A stretch of 64,000 bases of DNA, taken from contig CAXHJY010001108.1 in NCBI GenBank assembly GCA_964016885.1, positions 62,001 through 126,000 of the forward strand, given 5' to 3'. This document shows positions 32,205 through 45,383 of this stretch, one piece after another. Under the pieces are notes generated by a model. It saw only the letters and a list, made by a program, of their open reading frames with translations. It did no database searches and had not been told where the DNA came from. Each line of letters opens with the position of its first letter. The first letter of the stretch is position 1. This DNA is from Eledone cirrhosa. Taxonomy: Eukaryota. The translations under genes and the position numbers were made by a program.

Positions 32205-32550
32205 CGTAGACATGGGCTGTCTGGTTAATAATATGGTTTCAGGTTTGGTCTCACTACGTGACACATTAAGCAAGTGTCTAATACAGTACCCTATCGTTAA
32301 CCAATATACCCTGTGAGTGGAATTTGGTAAACAGAAACTGTACAAAAGCCTGTCATGTACATATATGTATGTGTGTGTATGTCCGTGTGTTCGTCGTGCT
32401 GTTTGCTTCTATTTCTCGTAACATAGCGGATGAACAAACTGATATCGATAAATATGTACCTGACTTTAAAATATACACGATATAATTGAGTAAAACTCTT
32501 CAAGTGGGTGCCCCAGCACATGTCCAATGGCTAAAATCAGTAAAAGACTA
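32205..32550 (+). mobile_element. Decayed SINE (third family); related copy at ~60520-60845
   Basis: Shared GCAAGTGTCT..TGAGTG(G/A)AATTT.GTA.AC..AAACTGTA..GATAAA..GTAC blocks. Confidence 0.55.
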
Positions 32551-34206
32551 AAAACATCGATAATATGAGAAGAAAATTGAAGAATAGTAAAAAAAAAAAA
32601 GAAAAAAAAGGGTTGTCGATAAATCCTACAAGTAAATACCATTGTACGGTCGCTTTCTCTTGGCACTGGTCTCAGTCAAGACCTCAGGTGTACTTGCATC
32701 CCGTACTGCCGATCTCCTCCGCATGATCGGAACGTCAGTAGCCCGAGGTTGGGTAGCTGTTGCAGCGGGTGTCGCTGGCTATTGGCCGTGGAAATGCTTT
32801 TGCGATCATGTCCGTGGGACGCAGCCCCAAAACCGCCGCACCCTAGGCCTAGATCCCATCCTCCCCCTCCTCCCATTCTTCAGTGATCCTAGAGCCCTTG
32901 CTTTTCCCTTCATTTTCCGTTTTTAAGTATCGGTAGTGTTGTTATTTGAAATAGATTTCTACATAATTTTTTTTTATTAATAAAACATTTTTGCTGATAT
33001 TAACAACAGCAAAAAAAAAAAAAGAAGTAAAAATTGAATATTTTAGTAAAAAAAGAAGGGAAATGTTAAGCTACAACTATGAATAAATTTATAAAAATAC
33101 AAAAATAAAACAGATACATATTGGACGCTATCCCTATCACTGCAGCCGTTATTTTGAATCTCACTTTCACCATCCTTTTTCTTCTTTGCCCACGCGGTGT
33201 CCTCTCTGTGCGCAGTCAACTTGTTTGAAATAGCAGCTACATTTCTTTCTTTCAGACCACAATGCATGTCCGTACGAATTGAAAGAAACACATATTAGAT
33301 AATGTAGTCAAGGATTACACGGCCTCTACCAAAGATAACAAAAAAAATAGTATTGCTATGGCTGTTATGCCTTTGATGATCATAGGTCTGTCAGTTCAAT
33401 CAGAATTGACCTGAAGCTTAACACCAACAACTCTGCCTTCATTTCCCAGTTTTTTTCATTTTCTTAGCCACTGTTTTATGATAAACTGTCCTCTCTTCTA
33501 TTTCTCATGAACCTTCTTGTCGTTCACACTGACTCACTCATACGAACATCGTACACATATTTTAAGTCACTTTCTACTCTCTTAATCCCTAATTCACTCT
33601 TTCTTTCTCTCATACTATATTTCCTCACTTCTCCCCACGTCCTCGTCTAAAAAAAGAAAAAAAAAAAAAATGTTGCTCTGCTATCAGCTTTGGACTATAA
33701 ATTCTTGTACTATTGACAATCCTAAGCGACAGGAGGCGTATATTTATTTAGGCAATGTATTTTTTTCTGTTCGTCTTTTTTTCTTTCTTTGTTTTCTTTC
33801 TCTCATCTCCCCCACCCCCAATCGTGTTTCATTTTTATGTCCCTCTTGTATTTAAAGACGGAGTTAATAAAAAAAGCAATAATAACAACAATAATAATAA
33901 AATCATGGGGTTTCATTTAAACATATTATTAACGAGGTCAAGAACTATAATGTATACTATCTATCTGTACGATAATTTACATGTCTTATAATCTATCTGC
34001 CTGATAATTTTGTCAGCAGAGATTTCCATTTATAAAGGTGTGATGGTAGTGGGGGATAAAGAAGGGAAGGATTCAGAACAATAATGCTTAAATTGGAAAA
34101 GTCTGTTCAGGAAATTTCATGAAATAAAATATGCGTGTGGCGAAGGCAAGCAGCTGAAAAGACTCAATAGATTAAAACAAACGATGCATCGATTGTACTT
34201 CCACTG

Positions 34207-34301
<95 letters not shown>

Positions 34302-34304
34302 TAT

Positions 34305-34520
34305 AAACGGAAAAAATGAAACGAAATTTCATTTCTCACTCTTAGTACGGCTGTTACTTAAATATAAGTATGTATACGTACATACATATATGTATACAGA
34401 CGTACAGTAGTATGTATATATATATATACATACATGCACACATATATACATGTACGTATGGATTCACCGAACATTTATTATAATAAACTAAGAGTGAGAA
34501 ATGAAATTTCGTTTCATTCT
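34305..34520 (-). mobile_element. Family B unit fragment with inverted end
   Basis: Matches 46305-46480. Confidence 0.8.
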
Positions 34521-34626
34521 ATTCCATATATATATATTCGTCACACATTCTGTGATCTCAATCAATGACTGATTTCTTATTTTGTGATTCTTCTTTGTTC
34601 TGTCCTACACCATCTGTTTTGTCCAT

Positions 34627-34664
<38 letters not shown>

Positions 34665-34665
34665 G

Positions 34666-34755
<90 letters not shown>

Positions 34756-34854
34756 GACCGGTTGAAGTTGAAGGAACAGAATAGCGGTCGCCCTCGGGTC
34801 CTCGATTTTCGGCCCCATGGATTTTATTTATTACATTCACGCATTATATTTCGA

Positions 34855-34912
34855 ATACCTGATGATATCACCGGATTCATACGGAACCCGGTCATTGAAA
34901 TGATCATAGTAT
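34855..34912 (+). ncRNA. Hammerhead ribozyme
   Basis: ATAC-CTGATGA-tatcACCGGATTC..GAACCCGGTcatt-GAAAT GATC ATA-GTAT; palindromic stem III ATGATCAT. Confidence 0.75.
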
Positions 34913-35321
34913 AATAAACCTTTCAAGGATTTACACAAATCCAGCCTCCTGTCATTTCATTATGATACACACATATATATATATAAATGTAAAAGGTAAA
35001 CAGAAATAACAACACAATCGGTACAGTATATGGAAGGAATATATTAGGTTAACTCTTGATGTAGCAGGAAGAGGGTCTTAACGTTTAGGATGTCAGTCCT
35101 TCATCAGAAGAAAGAATGAGAAATAAGATAGATTGAGGGGGCAGGTGGGTTGGAATTGGAAAAAATGTCTTTAGATAAAAATAACAGGTCCATTCATGTT
35201 GACATCTCTTGGAAAACTGTTGGTGCTGGCGTTTGTGTATGATTTATTTTTTAGAAAAGTGAATATATATATCTATATTTAATCTCCCCCCCCCTCTCTC
35301 TCTCTCTCTCTCGTTCTCTCT

Positions 35322-35371
<50 letters not shown>

Positions 35372-35379
<8 letters not shown>

Positions 35380-35610
35380 GACAAGGCAGGGAGTACGTTG
35401 CTCTAAGGAACACCAATAGTGTGAAACAGAATTTGTCAGGTTCTCTCCCTTCTTTGCCGAAAAAACAGAAGTAAGTGACATAGTCACTACTCTAAAATGA
35501 TAGCGCAAGGTCTTCAAAATGTGTTTAATTAAACATACGGTATATTGCCAAATATACTATACATACATTCATGTATACATCGCTATTTCAGAGCACCAAT
35601 CCTAATTATA
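35372..35610 (+). mobile_element. Family A unit with decayed hammerhead
   Basis: Matches 38560-38781; core reads CTAAGGA..GAAAC AGAATTT GTC. Confidence 0.75.
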
Positions 35611-35773
35611 TATATATATATATATTTAATCTATTGAGTCTTTTCAGCTGCTTGCACTCGCAACACGCATATTGTATATGCGTGTGGCGCATATAAAAAA
35701 AATATATATATACACTTCGTTTTTGAATTTGTTTTGCAAGATTTTTTTATCTGAAAATGTGCGTTGAAACAGA

Positions 35774-36050
35774 TATTGTTATACTTTGGGAGGGTCATAC
35801 TGCTAATAAAACACACGCACCTCTTGGTTTTCAATTTAATTTATAACTTTCCGGTTGGACAAAACAGATGGTGTAGGACAGAACAAAGAAGAGACACAAA
35901 ATAAGAAATCAGTCATTGATTGAGATCACAGAATGTGGGACGAATATATAAACGACCATCCCAAACCGGAAATTTATAATAAATTTAAGTGAGAACCAAC
36001 AGGTGCGTGTGTTTTTATCGGAAGCATGACCCTCCCAAAGTATAACAATA
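35774..36050. mobile_element. Family C fold-back unit
   Basis: ATATTGTTATACTTTGGGAGGGTCAT arms; related pieces at 34530-34625, 36060-36170 and 47855-48190. Confidence 0.75.
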
Positions 36051-36903
36051 TATATATATAACAAAAGACGAGATGGAGTAGCAAATTAAGACCAGAAAGG
36101 AGAGACACAAAAGGAGAACAAATAGTCATCGAGGAGGTCACAGAATGTGCGATGAAACATTTTGATGAACAAACGAATAACTCTAAGTGTGTGTGCATGT
36201 TTGTTTGTGTGTAAATGTGTGTGTGCATGTATGTGTGTGTATGTGTGTGTGCATGTGATGTGTGTTTGTGTGTGTATGTGCATATATAAATATATAACAT
36301 ATATGCTTACTAATTTTTTTTTCCCAACGTTTCAGTGAAGAAGAGCAGATAAGATGCAATACGTGTGGATTCAGCTACTAGAAAACAGAACTCCTTTAAA
36401 GTTTTAGAGTCTTAAATATAAAGTACATTGAAGAATGTATGTTAGATTAAACAATACTCTTTTATAGTACAACAGGATGACTTTGCTTTGCTCGATAAGT
36501 GCTGAACTAGATAGAGTACAAAACAATAACATCAACAACGATAAGAACAAAAACAATGACAACGATAACAACAACAGCACAGAATTGAGCGAAAATAAAG
36601 GTACAGTAGGAAGCAGCTCATGATATTATCGATTTATCTTCAGACGGGAAACCTGGTGCAAATATATGCAACACGATGAACTCCTCTCAAATACACCAAA
36701 GCGCCAATTACTGGTGTTAAACAACTGGATTGAGACGCTGCATAGTTCCAGGACCCGCAGTGACAACTATCCCAAAAAATAAAAAATAAATAACTCTATA
36801 CCCCTTTACTTTCTGAGCCGAATCCTCCTCAATTTAGGCCCTAAAGCAATTTTCTGCCTTCCACAATTTCTCTCGGGAGCTTAAATTCATGGCAGGAAGG
36901 TAT

Positions 36904-36946
36904 ACGATGCTGACGATAGCTAGTAAGCTTGAAACTAGTACATCGT
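36904..36946 (+). ncRNA. Hammerhead ribozyme, family B
   Basis: ACGATG-CTGACGA-tAGCT agta AGCTt-GAAAC TA GTA-CATCGT. Confidence 0.85.
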
Positions 36947-37166
36947 TCCTGTATCAGTGTTGAACAAAAAGGTGACGTGGTTGCCTAAACACTGTACGGC
37001 GTAATTCGTCGGGCTGTTTGTTTGTTTACAAACAAACCGAGCAATATAATAAATGTTCGGTAAACCGATACGTGCATATATATATGTGTGCATGTATGTA
37101 TATATATACATACATATATGTATACAGACGTACAGTAGTATGTATATATATATATATACATACATG

Positions 37167-37225
<59 letters not shown>

Positions 37226-37293
37226 AAAGACTCAGGACCCTGACGGCTAAGCTACGGCCGTTTCGACTGCGAGATCCGGACAGTTCTAATCTA

Positions 37294-37600
37294 GCTGACG
37301 ATAGATAGTAAGCTTGAACTAGTACAGCGTTCCTTTGTCAGTGTTGAACAAACGAGCAACGATGGTTGCTAGACACTACGGCTTAATACGGGATGTTTGT
37401 TTACAAACACACCGAGCATTACAATAAATGTACGGTGAATCCATACGTACATATATATATGTGTGCATGTATGTATATATATATATACATACTACTGTAC
37501 GTCTGTATACATATATGTATGTACGTGTACATACTTATATTTAAGTAACAGCCGTACTAAGAGTAGGAAATGAAATTTCGTTTCATTTTTTCCGTTTCTA
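37294..37600 (+). mobile_element. Family B unit starting at a decayed hammerhead (GAAA shortened to GAA)
   Basis: Matches 47151-47450. Confidence 0.8.
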
Positions 37601-37640
37601 TATATGTATATATATATATATATATAATGTGAGCGTTGCG

Positions 37641-37738
<98 letters not shown>

Positions 37739-38279
37739 ATATATATTTATATATATATATATATATATATACATAAACAGATGCAAACACATATATGCAC
37801 CTACGAAAGCATGTATGTGTATGTATGTGTGCATGTATGGATATGTGTGTAAGCATACATGTTAGTTAGTATGTATGCGAGTCTGAGTGTCTGTCCAGCT
37901 TTGCTTTATTATCACTTTGTAAACATATGGTATAACCAGAACCGGGTCGCTGGAAGATTTAAGTCCACAAAATAGAATAAATGAATAAATATAATAAAAA
38001 TGAGATAAAAAAATAAAATTAAAATGTCGTGGGTGGGTGGGGGATGTTATGGGCGGGTGATATGGAATGGTGTGGTGTAGAATGGTACGGTGTATTGTAG
38101 TGTGTGTGTGTGTGTGTGTGGCAAACCGGATAGAAAGTATGAAAGAAAACCTCTAAAAAGAGCGTTTCAACGAAAGATCCGGAATTGTAAAATTCCCAAA
38201 CACTACCTACCACATATGACAGCTCAGCTATAGATAAATACACCCCCAAACGCGTATATATATATATATATATATATAT

Positions 38280-38781
38280 ATGAATGTATGTATAGTATAT
38301 TTGGTAATATACCGTATGTTTAATTAAAAGCATTTAGAAGACTATACGTTATCAGTTATAATGTAGTGACTAAGTCACTTACTTCATTTCAGCGAAAGAA
38401 GGGAGAGAAGCTGACAGTCTGTTTCACGCTGGTTGGCATTCACCAGAGCCACGTACTCCCCTGCTTTCGTCGAAAATTATAGAAGGTGGATTCTTATAGA
38501 ATTCCAGTAATAATCAGGAGCTGATTATACAGAGCGATTGTCAGCGAATCCAGCTTCTATAATTTTCGGCGAAAGCAGGGAAGTACGTGGTTCTGATGAA
38601 CGCCAACCAGCGTGAAACAGACTGTCAGCTTCTCTCCTTTCGCTGAAAAGAAGTAAGTGACTTAGTGACTACTTTAAAACTGATAACGTATAGTCTTCCA
38701 AATGTTTTTAATTAAACATACGGTATATTACCAAATATACTATACATACATTCATGTATACATCGCTATTTCAGAGCACCA
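38280..38781. mobile_element. Family A head-to-head fold-back (~210-bp arms, ~53-bp spacer)
   Basis: Arms 38280-38492 and 38546-38757; hammerheads at 38409-38450 (minus, CTGGTGA) and 38589-38630 (plus, intact). Confidence 0.88.
38589..38630 (+). ncRNA. Hammerhead ribozyme, family A, intact
   Basis: GGTT-CTGATGA-ACGC caacca GCGT-GAAAC AGACT GTC-AGCT. Confidence 0.85.
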
Positions 38782-38784
38782 GTA

Positions 38785-38854
<70 letters not shown>

Positions 38855-38877
38855 AAAATAAATATATATATAACACT

Positions 38878-38911
<34 letters not shown>

Positions 38912-38983
38912 CATATATATATATACATATATATATATACATATATATATACATATATATATATACATATATACATACATATA

Positions 38984-39020
<37 letters not shown>

Positions 39021-39022
<2 letters not shown>

Positions 39023-39630
39023 GGTGGCTGCCAACTCGTTTTCGAGTACGGCCACTACTTTATATCCATGTAGGAGAACCCCTACCAATGCGCTGAACGA
39101 GTGTGACTTTTTAGTCCAGCCAGCGACTTGAAAACTCTGGTACAAACACTACACTTGTGACAATTATTGACACACAGTGCTGGGCCCATGGTACCATGTG
39201 ACGACAAGTGCAGAGAGATCTCCAGATATAAAGCAATGCCTGTGCCGTGAAGCTTTTATAGTGAGCAAAGGCACTGCACAAAGCCAGTCCCACTCTCTTA
39301 ACCAAGATGATATTTACCAAAAAGAAGAACAAGTCAACATCATTGGATACCATCAGAGTTGCAGGTGTTATATCAGAGTTTTCCTTCTCCTAGAATTCTG
39401 CCTTGACAAAGGCTAAGGGGTCATCTCTCCCGGTGATTTTGGATGGCCATTGACTCTTAAGAGCTCCTTTGCCCTTTGACAGGTTTTGTTTTTAGTCCTG
39501 CAGGATGTCCAAAGTCACCCTCCTCACCAAGAAACCTTGGTGGGGTTGCCAGTTTAGTCGCCAACGACCCGACCATGAGACAGGTTGTACTGGGATACAT
39601 GTTACCAGTAGCACCAACTAGTGACCTGAC
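39021..39630 (-). mobile_element. Family F repeat (RTE 5'-UTR-like), copy 1
   Basis: Near-identical to 41565-42116; minus strand has CTAGGAGAAGGAAAACTCTGA, recalled from invertebrate RTE 5' regions; flanked by (TA)n. Confidence 0.7.
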
Positions 39631-39667
39631 ATAAACATATATATATATATATATATATACATACATA

Positions 39668-39708
<41 letters not shown>

Positions 39709-39774
39709 ATACATACATACATACATATATATATATATACATATATATATACATACATATATATATATACATAT

Positions 39775-39807
<33 letters not shown>

Positions 39808-39884
39808 CATACATATATATATATACATATATACATACTTATATATACATACATACATATATATATATACCTACATATATATAA

Positions 39885-39917
<33 letters not shown>

Positions 39918-40015
39918 TGTGTACATATATACATTCATATATATATATACATATATACATACATATATATGTACATATTTACATACATATATACATATAT
40001 ATATACATACATACA

Positions 40016-40076
<61 letters not shown>

Positions 40077-40180
40077 CCAGGGAGTGTAACGTGAAGTTAC
40101 TGTAGGTTCACCCAGGTGACCACTACATGTTTAGCTTCACATCAGTAGCGAGGTGTAGAGTTAGACAGAGTGTAATATAA

Positions 40181-40368
40181 TAACTGTTTCTACTTCTGGA
40201 ACAAGGCCAGCAATTATCACAGTACATTACTGGTACTTTATTTTATCGACCCCGTAAGGATGAAAGGCAAAGTTAACCTCGGCGGGATTTGAACTCAGAT
40301 CACAAAGGGAGGTAACTCTATGCTTCAAAGCATGGCGTCCGACCCTCTACCGATACTGCCAATCCACC
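40181..40368 (-). mobile_element. Octopus-type SINE
   Basis: Reverse complement of head and body. Confidence 0.85.
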
Positions 40369-40528
40369 AATAATACAAGAACGATTTGTTAAGCCTTCAA
40401 TGAAATATATATATATATATATTTCATTTATTTTATTACATTTATTTATTTTATACATATATATTTCGCTGTCGTGGCGAGGTTTGCCTACCGCGATTTT
40501 CAATTTGTCATACCGTCTAACGAATGTT

Positions 40529-40708
40529 CAGTATCGGTAGAGGGTCGGACGCCATTCTTTGATGCATAGAGTTACGGCCCTTGCCATACTGAGTTCAAAT
40601 CCCACCGATGTTAACTTTGCCTTTCATCCTTACGGGGTCGATAAAATAAAGTACCAGTAATGCACTGGTTAATTACTGGCCTTGTGCCAAAAGTAGAAAC
40701 AGTTATTA
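40529..40708 (+). mobile_element. Octopus-type SINE
   Basis: B box and body. Confidence 0.85.
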
Positions 40709-40801
40709 CTCTGAGCTTTCTCATCGAGTGCTTGGCTGCATAAATTCCTGATGGTGTTTCGTTCGCTTGGCTATAATCGAAGCTTCGATTTTACGAAACT
40801 T

Positions 40802-40834
<33 letters not shown>

Positions 40835-41503
40835 CACACACAACCGTACACGCACGAACACCGGCATGGCCTAAACCCGTCGGTTGGAACTCGTAGTAGT
40901 TTAATAGAGTAATAACTACACAATAACACCTACTCAAAAAATATAAATATATCCCTCCGAAACGTACGCTTACATAAATATAAAACGTACGCTTAAAATT
41001 GGAACACACACACTCACACACATACGCGCGCGCACGCACACACATACACACACACACAAAAGTACAACACCCCACACAAACCCACAAATACATCATTTCT
41101 TATAAGAGAAAAATCTCAGATGGACATGTATTTATGTATGTATGTATGTATGTATGTATGTATGTATGTATGTATGTATGTATGTATGTATGTATATATG
41201 TATGTATGTATGTATGCATGTATGTATGCGTGCATGTATGTATATATGTATGTATGTATGCATGCATGTATGTATGGGTGTATGAAAGATTTATCATACA
41301 TTTTCACATACCTGACGCATACAGATCAACTCTACATTTTATGTAATCACACTCATACACGAACATTACAATTATTTTAATAGCATATATAAATAAATGT
41401 GTAACAAAATACGCATACACATATAAAGCACACATGCATATACACACATATTTAGTCACATATATATGTATATTTATACACACATGGATAGATACACACA
41501 TGC

Positions 41504-41557
<54 letters not shown>

Positions 41558-41564
41558 TATATGG

Positions 41565-42116
41565 TGGTGGCTGCCAACTCGTTTTCGAGTACGGCCACTA
41601 CTTTATATCCATGTAGGAGAACCCCTACCGATGCACTGAACGAGTGTGACTTTTTAGTCCAGCCAGCAACTTGAAAACTCTGGTACAAACACTACACTTG
41701 TGACAATTATTGACACAGTGCTGGGCCCATGGTCCCATGTGACGACAAGTGCAGAGAGATCTCCAGATATAAAGCAATGCCTGTGCTGTGAAGCTTTTAT
41801 AGTGAGCAAAGGCACTGCACAAAGCCAGTCCCACTCTCTTAACCAAGATGATATTTACCAAAAAGAAGAACAAGTCAACATCATTGGATACCATCAGGGT
41901 TGCAGGTGTTATATCAGAGTTTTCCTTCTCCTAGAATTCTGCCTTGACAAAGGCTAAGGGGTCATCTCTCCCGGTGATTTTGGATGGCCATTGACTCTTA
42001 AGAGCTCCTTTGCCCTTTGACAGGTTTTGTTTTTAGTCCTGCAGGATGTTCAAAGTCACCCTCCTCACCAAGAAACCTTGGTGGGATTGCCAGTTTAGTC
42101 GCCAATGACCCGACCA
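41565..42116 (-). mobile_element. Family F repeat, copy 2 (5'-truncated)
   Basis: Direct repeat of 39021-39576 with few substitutions. Confidence 0.8.
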
Positions 42117-42273
42117 TATATATATATATATACATACATATATACATACATATATATATATATATATACATATATACATACATATATATATATATACATA
42201 CATATATATATACATACATATATATATACATACATATATATATACATACATATATATATACATATATATATAC

Positions 42274-42304
<31 letters not shown>

Positions 42305-42333
42305 CATATATATATACATATATATATATATAC

Positions 42334-42364
<31 letters not shown>

Positions 42365-42398
42365 CATACATATATATATCTATCTATATATCTCTCTC

Positions 42399-42432
<34 letters not shown>

Positions 42433-42440
42433 TCTATATA

Positions 42441-42471
<31 letters not shown>

Positions 42472-42479
42472 CTCTCTCT

Positions 42480-42524
<45 letters not shown>

Positions 42525-42657
42525 CATATATATATATATACATACACATATATATATATATACATATATAAGCATACATATATATACATATATATATACA
42601 TATACATATATATATATATACATATATACATATACATATATATATATATACATATAC

Positions 42658-42722
<65 letters not shown>

Positions 42723-42819
42723 CATATATATATATACATATATATATATACATATATATATACATATATATATATACATATATATATATACATATATATA
42801 TATACATATATATATATAC

Positions 42820-42880
<61 letters not shown>

Positions 42881-42935
42881 CATATATATAAACATACACA
42901 CATATATATATATATATATATACACACACATATGC
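42115..42935. repeat. (TA)n/(CATA)n tract
   Basis: Direct reading. Confidence 0.97.
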
Positions 42936-43134
42936 ATACACAGTACGGATTAGATTAGTCGTTTTACGCTGAAAGAAATATTTGCATGCCAAAATGTATT
43001 TAATTTCTTAACAGGTGACTAAAATGGGAGATATGAGATAACGATATTATTACTTCACTTTGTGTGTGTATGTGTCTGTGTATCTGTTTATGTGTGTGTG
43101 TGCGCGCGTCTGTGTGTGTGTTTGTATGTGTGTG

Positions 43135-43166
<32 letters not shown>

Positions 43167-43897
43167 CGTGTGTGTCTGCATGTGTGTAAGAAAGTGTGTA
43201 AGAAAGTAATATTCATGAGCGTACAAGAATGATAGCTAAGCACCTGGTGAGTTGTTTTAAAATACAAGTTCGATTACCAGTTGGGCCAGTTCATTTTAAT
43301 TACTTACTGAATCTTACACACATGGTTTCCGCTTGTTAACTTATCATTGCTCAATATGAAGTCTTTGGCAACGATCCAACCTTATATTTTTAAAAAAATC
43401 TCACAAATAACGAATGAGTATGTGAACGTGAACGCCAGTGTGTGCGTGTGCACAAGATAAGTGCGTAAAAAAAACTAAAAGTGCTTAATATAACTTTGTG
43501 GTAGACTGGTTTGAATATTACACCTGCGTTAAAACACTAAGGATTTAATTACATCGCTACCTTTTCCCACACTCTCTATCATATTACAATATATTATTAC
43601 GCCCATTTCAACTGATACAAGATTTTATATAAAGTGTCTTCATACACCCAACACCAAATAAAATCAAAAATCTATTGTATACTGCGTAGTTTACTGCTTC
43701 TGTCGATATTATAAATGTATGGACAACAGCTGGAATCAGAAAATTAAAGATAAGTCACTTAATTTTAAATTTCATCCGCAAATATTTTAGTGAAACAAAA
43801 GTTTTAAATTTTCAGAAAATGGATATCTCATGAATTATTGTAGTTGATTGACAATAGATCAAAATATAGAGAAAGTAAGAAAGAGATATAGAGGAAG

Positions 43898-44056
43898 AAT
43901 CGACCCCAGTACTTGACTGATACTTTTTTTTTATCGACCATGAATGGATTAAGGGCAAAGTTGACATCGGCGGGATTTGAACTCAGAGGAGCAGAGAGCC
44001 GAAATGAATAATACAAAACATTCTATCCAACGTTCTAACGGGTCGACAAATTCGTT
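43898..44056 (-). mobile_element. Octopus-type SINE, diverged
   Basis: GGCAAAGTTGACATCGGCGGGATTTGAACTCAG. Confidence 0.7.
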
Positions 44057-44084
44057 GACTCTCTCTCCCTCTCTCCCTCTCTCT

Positions 44085-44087
<3 letters not shown>

Positions 44088-44136
<49 letters not shown>

Positions 44137-44224
44137 TTATATATATATATATATATATAAATTTATATATATATATATATAAATTTATATATATATATAT
44201 ATATATAAATTTATATATATATAT

Positions 44225-44271
<47 letters not shown>

Positions 44272-44272
44272 A

Positions 44273-44309
<37 letters not shown>

Positions 44310-44367
44310 TATATATATATACATATATATAAAAATATATATATATATACATATATATATATAAATT

Positions 44368-44399
<32 letters not shown>

Positions 44400-44426
44400 T
44401 ATATATATATACATATATATATATAA

Positions 44427-44478
<52 letters not shown>

Positions 44479-44518
44479 TTATATATATATATACATATAT
44501 ATATATAAATTTATATAC

Positions 44519-44549
<31 letters not shown>

Positions 44550-44615
44550 AATTTATATATATATATACATATATATATATAAATTTATATATATATACAT
44601 ATATATATATAAATT

Positions 44616-44694
<79 letters not shown>

Positions 44695-44796
44695 GTATAT
44701 ATATATATATATACATATGTATATATATATATATATATATATACATATGTATATATATATATATATATACATATGTATATATATATATATATATAC

Positions 44797-44886
<90 letters not shown>

Positions 44887-44954
44887 TATATATATATATA
44901 TTTATATATATATATATATATAAATTATATATATATATATTTATATATATATAT

Positions 44955-44985
<31 letters not shown>

Positions 44986-45052
44986 AAATTTATATATATA
45001 TATATGTATATATATTTATATATATATATATAAATTTATATATATAAATTTA
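44088..45052. repeat. (TA)n tract punctuated by TAAATTTA
   Basis: Direct reading. Confidence 0.95.
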
Positions 45053-45243
45053 TGTAGATAAATCTACCAAAAGTTTACGGTAGTGTCCAATCCGTATGAA
45101 GAACTCAATGTAATCCGGATATCATGAAAAGAGAAGATGCATTCAAAAACTACTTTCGGTGAAAAATAAACGGAAAACAGAGTCAAGATAAATTAATAAA
45201 ATAATGAATAAACAAAGAAACAGTTCCTTATATTAAAAAAATT

Positions 45244-45383
45244 CATCATTTTACGATCGTTTCTAGGATATATATGTGTTAGAGTTGGTATGCATATTCT
45301 ATAGATCTATGTACAATATTTATACAAACTATCAGAGGGAATATACATACCTACACATATATATGCTGTCTTCAGAAATAATG
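45244..45383 (-). ncRNA. Hammerhead ribozyme with ~105-nt stem II
   Basis: CATTATTT-CTGAAGA-[long hairpin]-GAAAC GATC GTA-AAATGATG; 8-bp stem I, palindromic stem III ACGATCGT. Confidence 0.75.
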
